From Octopus vulgaris (Eukaryota), in contig OX597830.1 of NCBI GenBank assembly GCA_951406725.2, positions 2,666,001-2,730,000 of the forward strand: a DNA stretch of 64,000 bases, given 5' to 3'. The notes under the pieces are model-generated. The model worked only from the letters and a program-made list of their open reading frames with translations, ran no database searches and was not told where the DNA came from. Shown here piece by piece: positions 1 to 12,106 of the stretch. Position numbers and translations under genes: made by a program. Within the stretch, counting starts at the first letter, position 1, and the number at the start of each line of letters is the position of its first letter.

Positions 1-684
1 GATGGTTTGTTATATTATGGCATTGGAATATATTTTGGTTTGTTTTCTAATGTAATTCTTCTCTGTTTCTAACCATTTCATATTTCCTGCATTGGTTACA
101 AAAGGCGATTACATAACACTGTTTATTTCAGGAAATAATATGGAGGTTTACTTCATTGTAAGCGTTTTTCCATCATCATATAAGCAGTTCATGTTATATA
201 TACTTATGCCTTTTGGTGATCAGGGTAATCCTGTGCCTGTGAGATTCTTTGATTGGCCTTTGTTGGAATGTCTCTTGTTCATGTTACCACATTCTGTCCA
301 TAATTTCATTGTCTTTCACTGTCTTTTGCACTTCTTTCCCTTCGACAATTTTGTGATCACCAACACAAACTATAGACACACCCTGTGATGACCCCCTCAG
401 GATAATAAAAGAAATCCTTGTTATTGCTGCTGTTGTTGTTGTTGTTGCTGTTTTCATTGTTGTTATGGTGGTGGTGGTGGAGGATTGGCAAAAACTGACA
501 GAGCATCAAACAAAATGTCTGGTACCATTTGTTGCATGTCTTTTCTGAAATATGACCAAATGCAAGCAAGGTTGATTTAGATATTTTATCCTTTCAAAGA
601 TGAAAAATAAAATATACCAGTCATGTACTGGGGTTGATACAATTCTCGATAAATGTGTGACCTTGTTTTATAATAATAACACTA

Positions 685-713
685 TTGTTGTTGTTGTTAT
701 TATTATTATTATT

Positions 714-745
<32 letters not shown>

Positions 746-872
746 TATTATTATTATTATTATTGAGTTACAGAGTAGCCATGCCATCAAAGTGACACTG
801 GGTTACAAATATACAAGGCCCAGTATACCTATCATGACTACCCGTCTGATATGGGTACATTATTACTATTAC

Positions 873-931
<59 letters not shown>
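685..931. repeat. (TTA)n/(TCA)n microsatellite tract interrupted by a ~95-bp repeat fragment (765-860)
   Basis: Direct reading. The insert 'catgccatcaaagtgacactggg...' matches the start of the 60541-61073 element. Confidence 0.9.
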
Positions 932-932
<1 letters not shown>

Positions 933-934
933 AA

Positions 935-1335
935 AGGTTGTGAGCTGGCAGAATCATTTGCATGGTGGGCAAAATGTCTAGTGGCATTTCATCTGTCTTT
1001 ACATCATGAGTTCAAATTCTGCCAAGGCCAACTCTGCCTTTCATCCTTTCAGGGTCGAGGAAATAAGTACCAGTTATGTACTGGGGTTTGATGTAAACGA
1101 CTTATCTCCTTCTCCAAAACTAGAATCACTATTTTGCTTATTACAAAGGCAGAATTGTTTGCACACCTGGTGATATTTCTTTCAGCTTTACAATCTGAGT
1201 TCAAATTCCACTGAAGTCAGCTTTGCCTTTTATTCTTTTGGAGTTGATAAAGTAAGAACCAGTCAAGCACTGGGGTCAGTATAATCAACTTGCCCCATCT
1301 CCCAGATTTTCAGGCCTTGTGCCTAGAGTGAAAAG
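935..1335 (+). mobile_element. Two tandem copies of tRNA-type SINE family A (MetaSINE-like central domain)
   Basis: Head 'gagctggcagaatc', B-box-like 'gagttcaaattc', core 'ctttgcctttcatccttt..gggtcga..aataagtaccag'. The same family recurs at 4058, 28419 and 33189. The MetaSINE assignment is from memory of the domain. Confidence 0.75.
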
Positions 1336-2506
1336 GTTTAGTATTATTAATATTATTCTAAATTATGAAAATTGTAAAATCTTGAAGAGAAACTGAACCA
1401 GAGATATAACTGTAACCAAGCAAGCATGCTAACCTACATGCAACAAGGACATTGTCTCGTCTGGAAAAGCAGAATGGGTTGGATTTAATTACAAAATAAA
1501 TAAATTTATTTTAGAATATTTTTGCCCTCACAAAATGTTATTGTTCTTCTCGTGTTTTTTTTTTAATGTTTTTTTTAATTAGGCAGCTAATTGAATTTTG
1601 TTTCCTGTCACATAAATATAAAAATAAATAAAAATGTTTGTTTATTTTTCAAACATAATTAGTTCTAATCAGATAAATCCAATATTTATCAAATTCGAGG
1701 TTCAAGACAAAAGACAATGACTTGAAGTAATGATAGGAATTGGCACTACCAATATTCCAAGAAAAGCTTTCAGACAATATTTTGCCAAGAATTTTCTATG
1801 CAGATAAAATATGACCATGCGATTTAAAATTGGCATCTAATTTTTAATCAGTTTAATACAAATTATTTAAAAGATGATCTAATATGATAAATGCTTTTTT
1901 TTCCCCCACTGTTTAGATAAAGCTATAGGGCACAGATCGATTTTAGTTATATAATTTACTAAAGTAAATTTATAAATCTAATAACATAAAATCCACATTG
2001 CTCTGATTTTCCCTTTAATAATAATAATAATAACAATAATTTCTTATAATATTGATGATTTCTAAGCTAGATAAGAGTCTTGGCTGAGTAGTTAAAAAAA
2101 GTCCACTTTTGTACTCTATGGACTTGATTTCAATTCCATAGCTCAGTATCTTTGGTCAAAGGTCATCTAAGATTTTTAGTCAACCAAAGTGTTGAAAGTG
2201 GAACTTTGGCTAACAAAAACTGTGTTGGAACCTGTGAGAGACACCATTCCCCCTTTTAGTATGGTAGACTTATCCATTTACTGATTCATTCATACCCACC
2301 CACCAACCAACCACTTGGATGCCTCCAGTCTGTTGGAAATATTTAGGCCAAGTTGTCAGTTTGGTAATGATTTGACCACTTCCTTCCCAGGAATACAAGA
2401 AATAATCTTCGTCTCTCCTCTTCAGTAATCTTGGACTCTGCTCTTCATTAGAAGTCATCTTGCCACTGATTTGGAGATATGCTTTTCAAAGTTCTCCACA
2501 TTTGCA

Positions 2507-2557
<51 letters not shown>

Positions 2558-2599
2558 GTGAGGATGCTTTGTGGTTTATCAACTTCTTGTTTCTGTCTA

Positions 2600-3400
2600 C
2601 AAAAGTGAAGTTGAAGAGGAATTCTTGTAAGTTTGGAAGTCTATGCTGCAGTTGTTGTTGTCGTTAATATTATTGTTTTGTGGTTGTTGCTGTGTTTACA
2701 GGCCACCTTGGGGCCAATGCTGTTATGTGGCAGATGTTTTGTTTTCATATGACCTCACAACAGAGGAGAAAGATCCAAGTTTTGCCTTTGTGCAATGTCT
2801 GTGTTTTGCTGAAGTGGAGAGGGCACTTAGAGGCTTCTTTTAGTTTTCCTCGCCGGTTATGTTACTGTTGCAACATTTCTTGCTGTCGTTTCTACTAATG
2901 ATGTCATAGAATTCTATGCAGGGCAGAATGTCCATTAGCTGTCCTTGGATGATTGGTGGCACCACATATGTAGCATTTGGGCCTCTTCATGTCCAGTCCT
3001 AAACTGTTAGAAGTTGCTTGGAAAGTCAAGTAGAGATGCTTTTGAATCTTAACAGCTCTGCCTGGATATCTCTATCATTAACCAATATTTTCTGGCACAG
3101 TTTGTTCATGTCCAGAACAGTTTATCTCAATCTTCACACCAATCAAAATGCCTCTACACCTGTTACCAGGTGTTTCTTTCTGGTAGCAATTCTACCAAGG
3201 AATCTAGTGCTCTTAGCTTAGTTTTTCCTTGGGGCTGGCCAGATTCGAACAATCTCAAGTATAACCAGCAGAAATTGCAAAGATAATCTGGACTGAGGAA
3301 AGAAAACTCCAAATGACACGTCCTTGTTTTCTTGGTATTGTCTCTCTGGATGTTTTGTTGTCCCTTTTCTGTATCAGCTGTCTGGATGATTTGCATTCTT
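2600..3400 (-). pseudogene. Possible degenerate gag-like/ORF1 relic of a non-LTR element
   Basis: Minus strand ~2990-2935 reads KRPKCYICGATNHPRT, a degenerate CCHC zinc knuckle. The surrounding frame is broken and the boundaries are a guess. Confidence 0.35.
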
Positions 3401-3437
3401 GTCCCATTTTTGTATTATATATATATATATATATATA

Positions 3438-3590
3438 CTTCTTTCAGTTTCCATCTACCAAATCCACTCACAAGGATTTGGTTGGCCTGAGGCTATAGAA
3501 GAAGACCCTTGCCCAAGGTGCCATGCAGTGGGACTGAACTCAGAACCATGTGGCTGGGAAGCAAGATTATTACCACACAGCCACTCTTGC
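3438..3590 (-). mobile_element. SINE family B (tRNA head plus CORE-like 'ccttgggcaag' segment), 5' part
   Basis: Reverse complement gives 'gagtggctgtgtggtaa...gagttcagtcccactgcatggcaccttgggcaag', matching the 24817-25230 copy. Confidence 0.8.
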
Positions 3591-4057
3591 TCATAAAAGT
3601 TCAGGATCGTAGCTAACGTACAGCTCAACATCATTTCCAGAAAATAGTTATAAATACAGACTTGCCACCAATTCAAATGTGTTTGAGGCGAATTCGAACC
3701 TGCAAGAAAAAGCATTCACTGTATTTTGTCATGGAGAAAGTTTCTCATTGTAGACAAACAGGTGTAAATAGACTGAGTCAGCTCACAGTGTCACCTTGCC
3801 AGGCTGTGGGATGCCTGTATTTCAGAGTGGTTATCTCCTCTTCAGCCACAAAGACTGAGAAGTCTGTGAACTGACATGAGAGACAAGTGCCTCTTATGAT
3901 ATTCCTGTCATCACTCGATGACCAGTTGTGCCATTAAGCAGCTCACCATAAATGAAATAGGGATTGACAGCACCAAGCAGTGGTGTGTATATATTTTGTT
4001 ATACATTTTTTACTTTAAACTAATATTAGCTGACTTTAATGATGGGGAACTACTTAT

Positions 4058-4454
4058 ATTTCTTTCTTTATTGCCCACAGGGAGCTAAACATAGGGGGAA
4101 CAAACAAGGACAAACATAGGGATTAAGTCGATTACATCGACCCTAGTGTGTAGCTGGTACTTATTTAATCGACCCTGAAAGGATGAAATGCAAAGTCAGC
4201 CTCAGCGGAATTTGAACTCAGAAAGCAAAGACAGACGAAATACCTATTTCTTTACTACCAACAAGGGGCTAAACACAGAGAGGACAAACAAGGACAGACA
4301 AACGGATTAAATCGATTACATCGACCCCAGTGCAAAACTGGTACTTAATTTATCGACCCCGAAAGGATGAAAGGCAAAATCGACCTTGGTGGAATTTGAA
4401 CTCAGAACTAATGGCAGACGAAATACCACTAAGTGTTTCGCCTGGCATGCTAAC
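4058..4454 (-). mobile_element. SINE family A, dimeric (3' half duplicated)
   Basis: Two successive copies of 'gattacatcgacccc..ggtactta.tt.atcgaccc.gaaaggatgaaa'. Head 'ggtggcaagctggcagaatcgttagcatgcc' on the minus strand. Flanking 'cttatatt' is a possible TSD. Confidence 0.85.
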
Positions 4455-5422
4455 GATTCTGCCAGCTTGCCACCTTATATTAAAATGTAGATGCAAAACT
4501 CAGAGACTGGCAGCTTCAATGAATATTCTGATGAATGTGATGGAAATCTTTATATGGACGTTGGACATGCTAGAAATGACTGTCAAATCTTTCATGAATT
4601 AAGTCCTGCAATCTTAAATGAACAGAGATGCAACAATATAATCCAAAATAGACAATAAATTTTTTTTTTAAATGATAGGATGTATATTGCTTATTTGGAA
4701 TGCTTCTGATCAAAGATGTGGTCAATGAGAGTTGACCAGGAACTAAACAATAACAACAACAACACCAACAACAACAACAGCTTGTCGTGGATTCTAATGG
4801 TTCTTTAGTTTGTCTATATCAAATCTGTAAATGACAGTTTTAATTGACTTCTTTGGTCTCCAATAATTCCATCCATCCTGGTTAGTCCGAGGTTAACTCC
4901 ATAGCACTGTTGTGGTGGTGGTGGTGGTGGTGGTGGTGGTTGAGATGGCAGCTGTGGAGGTGGCAATGGCGGTGCAGGCAGTAGTGGTGATGGTGGTGTG
5001 GTTTTCAATAGTCATATCTAGTCTTCACTGGTTGAGCAGACATACGATATGAAAGTTGTCAGCAGAAAACAAATATTTAAGCAGTTTTTGTAGTTCTAGC
5101 AATCCTGTATTCATTGATGCTCAAAGATGTAAAACTGCTTCCATATTAAAAAACTGTAGGAAGTTTGTTGAGTGAGGTTAAGCTGTTTCACTGAGAAAAG
5201 TGGAGACTTCTGTAGATTTCTTGCTGTGAAAAAAACTTGTTCCAAGATGCAATATTTCAAGTCTCTGCTTCCATATAAAAGATTGTAGGAAGTTTAAAGA
5301 GTGAAATTTAGAGTTCATGGAGACACTGAACGTTGTCTATGTTTCTTGTATGTCTCTCAACAATAACTAAACAAATCAACACATTTCAGCTATTACCAGG
5401 TGCTATACAAAATATTGATAAC

Positions 5423-5862
5423 TGGCATCCGTGCTAGTGGAGCGCTAAGAGCACCATCCGAGGGTGATCATTGCCAGAGCAGCTGACTGGCTTCCATGCC
5501 GGTGGCATGTAAAAAGCACCATTTGAGTGTGATTGTAACCAGCATTGCCTTCCTGGCACATGAACAAAACATTCGAGTGAGGTCGTTGCCAGTGCTGGCT
5601 CCTGTGCAGATGGCCCATAAAAAACACCATTTGAGCATAGCTGTTGTCAGTACTGCCTGACTGGCTCCTGTGCTGGTGGGGCACATTAAAAGCACCCAAT
5701 ACACTCTCAGAGTGTTGGCGTTACGAAGGGCATCCAGCTGTAGAAACTCTGCCAGATCAAGATTGGAGCCTGGTGCAGCCATCTGGTTCACCAGTCCTCA
5801 GTCAAATCGTCCAACCCATGCCAGCACAGAAAGCAGACGTTAAACGATGATGATGATGATGT
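5423..5862 (+). mobile_element. RTE-type 3'-tail element (5'-truncated LINE end or partner SINE) with ~5 tandem 40-66-bp modules and (GAT)n tail
   Basis: Terminal 'gaagggcatccagctgtagaaac...ccaacccatgccagca..gaaagcagacgttaaacgatgatgat' matches the 3' UTR of the RTE LINE at 12107-12345. Confidence 0.8.
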
Positions 5863-6467
5863 TACATACATATCATTGCAAATGCAAGGTAATGTGCAAT
5901 ATATTTATGTGCTGTATGCTGCAACCATTGGCAATATATGGTACCATAGATATGGAGGTTTCAAATTTTGGCACAAGGCCAGCCAATTTTTAGGGGGTGG
6001 GGTGAGTCCATTACATTGATGCTACTGTTGAACAGTTGCCTTGTTCTATTGATGCTGAAAGAATAAAAGGCAAAGACAACTTTGGCTGAATTTTTTTATT
6101 CAGAACACAGAGGCCAATGAAATGCAACAAAACATCTTGTCCAGCACGGTAACTGTTCCGCCAGCCCACCCCCTTATAAATGGGATGAATACTGCTGAGC
6201 ATTTTGTCCAGCATTGCTGACCACTCTGCTAACTTGCCATCATAGGGACCATAACTACGTTATTCTATTTTATATAGATATCACTATAAATACAAAAGTC
6301 CCACACAAAATATTGATGAGTTATTTATATATAATCAATTCAAGGATGTTATATCCACATTAGGGATTATATAATCCAAAACAATTCCACTGGTTAATCG
6401 CTCTCATGTACAGAGAAAGTCTCTGCAATATATTAAGGATTACTGTAGTAATACATATTATTAATAT

Positions 6468-6942
6468 TGAAAGAAAGAAAATGGGGAAAGATGGATGTAT
6501 GAATAATTTATTTCTATAATATATTTTTTATAATAACAATACAAATAAAGTATGAGTCATAAAGTTCAACAAGAAAATGTGAAAAACCTACAAATATGCA
6601 ATTCTGAGCATTTGCTATCATTTTTAACTAAATGAGAAAGAGCTTCTTCGGGGTTATTATGAGCTTATAGAACAAAAGTTAACATTTTTGTTGGAAGGAT
6701 ACATACAGAAGAGTGTGTATCCTTCCAACAAAAATGTTAACTTTTGTTCTATAAGCTCATAATAACCCCGAAGAAGCTCTTTCTCATTTAGTTAAAAATG
6801 ATAGCAAATGCTCAGAATTGCATATTTGTAGGTTTTTCCTTGTTGAACTTTATGACTCATACTTTATTTGTATTGTTATTATAAAAAATATATTATAGAA
6901 ATAAATTATTCATGCATCCATCTTTCCCCATTTTTTCTTTCA
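6468..6942. repeat. Long near-perfect inverted repeat (foldback IR1), arms ~239/230 bp, 6-nt loop
   Basis: 6468-6706 is the reverse complement of 6713-6942, with a few mismatches and one ~9-nt indel. Followed by (TG)n. Confidence 0.95.
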
Positions 6943-6974
6943 CTAAATATGTGTGTGTGTACACACACACATCT

Positions 6975-7350
6975 GTATGTTAAGATGTTTACTTTTCAAC
7001 CACATGGTTCTGAGTTCAGTCCCATTGCAAGTTACTCAGATCAGACATCTTTTACTATAGCCCCAGGTCAACAAAAGCCTTGTGAGTAGATTTAGTGGAT
7101 GGAAGCTAAGGGAGGCCTGTCCTTTATGTGTGTGTGTGTCTTTATATATATGTCTGACCCCCATCATCCCTTGGCAGCTGGTGTTCGTTTCTTTGCATTT
7201 CTATATTTTAGTGGTTTAACAAAAGAGATTGAATAAGTACCGGGCTTAGAAATTAAGCTCTGGGGTCGATCTGTTTGGCTAAAATCCTCCAGGTGGTGCT
7301 CCAGCATGGTCACAGTCCAATGAGGGAAACAAGGAAAAGATAAAAGATAA
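6975..7350 (+). mobile_element. SINE family B, degenerate near-full copy
   Basis: 'accacatggttctgagttcagtccc', 'ccttgtgagtagatttag', tail 'ggtgctccagcatggtcacagtccaatga..gaaacaag..aaagataaaaga'. Confidence 0.7.
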
Positions 7351-10080
7351 ATACATATATTTTACAATATACTAATGTATTTTATATCGATATCATTACC
7401 AATGCAAAATACCATAAAATATATCAATGAATGTCATATAGATACTGCTACCGATACAAAGGTACAATACAAAATATTATTTGTATGGATTAGTCAACAG
7501 AAAGAAAGGAGGGTACCTATGAAGTTTTCAGAGCTTCGGGGGTTTGTGGTTGAAGAAATCATTTTACATCAGATAAAATCTATTTGAAGGGCTTCCACTG
7601 TTTCTGTCAACCTAATTTCACCCTCAAAGTTTCACTTGATATATGATTACACACCAATCCTCTACGGAACTTAGAGTTCTATACAGCTAATGGCCCTTAG
7701 GTTCTTAAAAGATTTCAAAACAGTTTTTAACCACACAGCAATGTTCCAATCCTTAATAGACTAGGTTACGAGTTCACAAGGACTAAATAATGTACCTGTC
7801 AACAAAACTCATTTCATTTTTTGAATTAGATTACGTGACAAGAATGAAAGAATGAAGAGATGCAGAAACTACACAAAAACTATAACTGAAGACGATTAAA
7901 GAAACGGGAGATTCGTTAAACCTAGTTGTCACTAATTGGTGATTCCTTCATAAGATATTTTGTAAGTTGCCCTCCCTCATTTTGGGCAGCATCCATTTCA
8001 AATTTAAAATCACTGCAAATGCTCAGCCTTGCAATCTCTGGGGATCTTTCTCTGGGATTCCACAAACATAACAAAACTGGACTTCTTCCTCTTCAAAACC
8101 TGGAAATATTTCCCTTTTTATCAGTAGTTGATCTTTTACAGAAATCAATCATATTATTGATCTCTCATTTAGGAAGTGGTGATGGTGGTGGAGGGGGAGG
8201 AAGTAGTGGAGAGGTGATAGCGTAGGAGGTGGAGGAGGAGGTGGTGGTAGCGGCGGCAGTGGTGGAGGAGGAGGTGGTGCTGCTGCTGCTGCTTCGTGAA
8301 CAAACATTGAAGTTCACAGAAAAAGAAAAGGACAATAGTCTAACCCGTAATGGCTCCCTCATCAACAGACTCCAATCTCCATTTCACTGATGTGCTGCCT
8401 CCTCCATCTGCCTGCTCTACTGCTACTACAACATCTACTGCTCCGTTTGAATTAGCTCCTCTCTTTCCCTGATGAAACAGGACATTGGCACCTTGCAACG
8501 GTGCCAATGTTATTTGCTAAGCAAATAACAGACCATTTCTATTTTATTGTTATTGTTGTTGTTTAGTCAAATCCCAATCAGCAGTATTCCAGCCATGACC
8601 ATCCATTTCAGTTTCTTCAAATAATGTGTTTGGTAATTTTTTTTCTCTTTTAACCCAGTTAAATCAAGTTGAGTAAAGCCAAGACCTTTTGCAGAGCTGA
8701 GACTACATTAGCCAATGTGCCCCACTTTAAGGGGTAGCTGGCTGTTGTGACTAGCATTTCATGGAACCACTTAATTGGTTCCCGTGTTAGTTCTACTTTG
8801 GTGTGTTTGAAAGATGCCAGCAAAGCATTAAGTTGGCCTCGCCTTATATCATAGGTCAGTGATATCACAGAAACACACTTCACTAACAACCGTTTTCTAT
8901 CAAATCTCACCGAGAAATCAAAGTCTACCAGAAACATTCATGGTGGTGGCTGTAACGCCAGCACTGCTGCATTTATAGAAAATGGTAAAATGTCAACAAA
9001 TAAAAGCAAAGTTGAAATAATATTAGCCAAACATTACTATGATCCTTGACCGGAGAAACATGTTGATCACTGATACCATACGAGTTAATGAAGAAAACAA
9101 TTTAACTCAAAGAATTCCTTGAAAAATGGCTGCATCTAGTTTTGAAATCATTATCGTGACGGAACCAGGTTAGAGTTGTAATTCCTCACAATCAACATTT
9201 TAAAGTGATTCTTTTCATAGCAACTTCCAAAGGAAAATTAATATCACTTGAAAGAGTTTTTGGTAAATAAGTGACTGGAAACAACAATGCTTTCTGGAGA
9301 AATAATTCAACAGAACCAGAATATTTCCTAAATGGTCTCATGATTGAATGGCTTAGAAAGCTGCAATGGAATTATTCTGAAGACTGTTGAATGGTAAAGC
9401 ATAATTATCCTTGCTGCTTCACTATCATCAAATAAGTGTATAGTCTTCTTTTCTCAAAGGGGAAAGACATTTTGCACCTTGTTTAAAACGAACAGGCTGA
9501 AGTGTCATGAGAATGGCTTAGCTTATAAATGCCAGTAAATTCTTAAGAAACCGTAAATCATTTTTATAATGATATATTTGTATTAAATATCTTACAAAAG
9601 CCTTTAAAATAGTTTGATGAGGCCAGAACAAAAATAATTCAATCTTTCATGATATACATCGATGAATAACAGTTCAAAATATTTAGCTTATTCATAATTT
9701 TATTTTCTTTTCCTCTTCCATAAAGCTATGAGAAATTATCTCTGTATTCAGAGTGGCCATTTACTTGGTTCCTTCTTCTTTCCTATCCAAAATATTATGA
9801 CACTTCTGCTTATTTCCATAGAGGAAATATTATTCTGGTCTTAAATTTTCAATACCATTTTTCATTGAAAGATTGTAAAGCATTTTTTATTTATTTATTT
9901 GTGTGTTTTGTGTTGATAGAGAAAGTTATTAATTGATATACAAAGGGAAGTAGAGGGGAAGAGAGAAGAGCTGAGAATCGGAAGTACCAGACATTGGTTA
10001 CGTTGTGAAAGAGAGAAGAATTTGTAGAAGTAGCATTGTGATTGTGAATTGTGCTGAGTTGAGGAGAGAGATAGAAGGGA

Positions 10081-10111
<31 letters not shown>

Positions 10112-11934
10112 AAGAGAAAGATTTAGTAGAAAACTCCTGGGAGGACTTTGGTCAACTTGGAGCTAAGATATACAATTATTTTATAAAAGTCATTTAATGT
10201 ATCTCAAAGGTGAATTCGGCTATAAATAATAGTTTGTAATATGTTTGAGTTAAAACTCCTTGGCATAGAAAAAAAGACAGAAAACTGCCAGAGGGACTGA
10301 AACAACTCGTTCTTATGTAATCATGACAGATGTATTATCAATTGCACCAAAGTAATCAACCTCTTTTCCGTCAAATGAAACAATTTGATCTCTTTAAGTG
10401 AGATTATTTTAATTCTGACGGCTGAAAAAGAGGAAGAGAAATGTCAATGATGTTTGCAAGGTCTTTGAGGCTGATCAGGGGGTATACTACTACAAGGATC
10501 CACCAAGGATCACCATGTAGCTGCACATGTAGCCTGGGTGAGATAGTTTTCAGGAAAACTGGCAATTGTTCCTACACGTAACTCTACCCTCTCTGTATTA
10601 CCAAGGATTAACCAAAAGGAAAGGCTGCTGACCTGAGTTGATAGAACTTGGCAGTAGTATTCTCAGAGACATTGTGCCCAAAATGGTATGTGCTAGAATA
10701 GTTACAGTAAGGCTTTTTCTCAGACCCTTTAACAGTTTCAGACAATTTAAGGATTAGTGGGAGGGAGGGCCACAAGTTGTTAAATATATTGTTACAATTC
10801 AGTAGTTTGTAATAAGGTGGGCTTCCAGATGCTAAACATTTTTCCAGTTCACTGGTTAGTCGCATCCACATCTAATAGACATGCCATCCCACACATGTGA
10901 ACACTGCAAAATGAGTGTACTCTGTAAATATCAAAAATGAGTGACATTAATAATCTGTGTGCATGTGTGTGTGTGTGTGTGTGAGTGCATGAGTGTGCAT
11001 GAGTGTTTAATTGCATGGACGTAGTACCATTGCCATTGAGGGTTATCTGACATTTGATTATTGCTAGCTGTAAACTATACATAATGGTTCATTGACAGGG
11101 GCACTGCATATGACCCTTTAGTCAGAATCTCTAAGACTAGCAGAAGGGAGGATATTCTCCCCAGATTAGAGATTCGGTCCAAATACTTGTCGCAGAGTGG
11201 AATGTAGTAAAAGGAATCAAAGGTTGTGTGAAGGCATTAAAACCAGGCAATGGATTGTACCTGCCTAACTTTAATAAATGAAAAAAAAGCCTTAAAAGTA
11301 ATGGACAAAATGATAAAAGATAATTAATTAGAAAATTAATTGGAAAAGGTTTTTCAAGGAATAGCAGAGAAATGGTAAAGAAAGTAATGCATTGAGTATT
11401 CTTGTAGAAACCATTGTCTAAAAGATTGCATTGTACCTTATATTTCTTTTTATCAAGAATTTCTGCAATTTATCAGGAAAAATAAACTGCCTCTGATGAT
11501 AACAAAAAAAAAAAGAAAAGAAAAGAAAATATGGCATCAAGAAATAAATCTTCCCAGTTTTAAGAAAAAGAATGTGGAGAAACAATTAACTGGTTTTTCA
11601 TTACCAAATAAATTATTTAATAATTAGTAAGACAATATCAAAGAATTTACAAAGAAAGAATTATTGCTGAACATGATATTCCATGTCTGTTTGAGTGTGT
11701 AGAAAAAAAGAATGGAACAGATGCAAACTTCAAGACAAAGAATATAAAAAGAAATAAAACAGAAAAAGTGTCAAAAAGATCCAAACAAAACAATGCATGT
11801 TTTGGTTTGGAATTTCTCTTTAATTTACAGAGAGAAGAAGAAAAGGGGGAAGCAATTAAGGTATATTAGGAATCTTCTAAGAAATATATACATTTCCCTG
11901 CACGCACACGTGTGTGTGCATGTGTGTCTATGTA

Positions 11935-12000
<66 letters not shown>

Positions 12001-12106
12001 CACATACACATATATATATGTATATGTGTGTGTGTATCTGTGTGTGTATATATACACACACATATATTTATATGTATGTATATATATGAGTGTGTGTGTA
12101 TATATA

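Noticed and set aside
600-1091. 163-aa ORF with poly-I/poly-Y (and similar ORFs at 11793-12241, 24369-24774, 35320-35715, 54020-54397, 61022-61316)
   Set aside because: These are translations of microsatellites and SINEs, with no protein signal.
4528-4550. CTGATGA...GAAA spacing
   Set aside because: No credible stem I or stem III, so a chance match.
5480-5700. Repeat-spacer appearance suggesting CRISPR
   Set aside because: The units are degenerate tandem duplications with related 'spacers', in a eukaryotic retroelement tail, with no cas genes.
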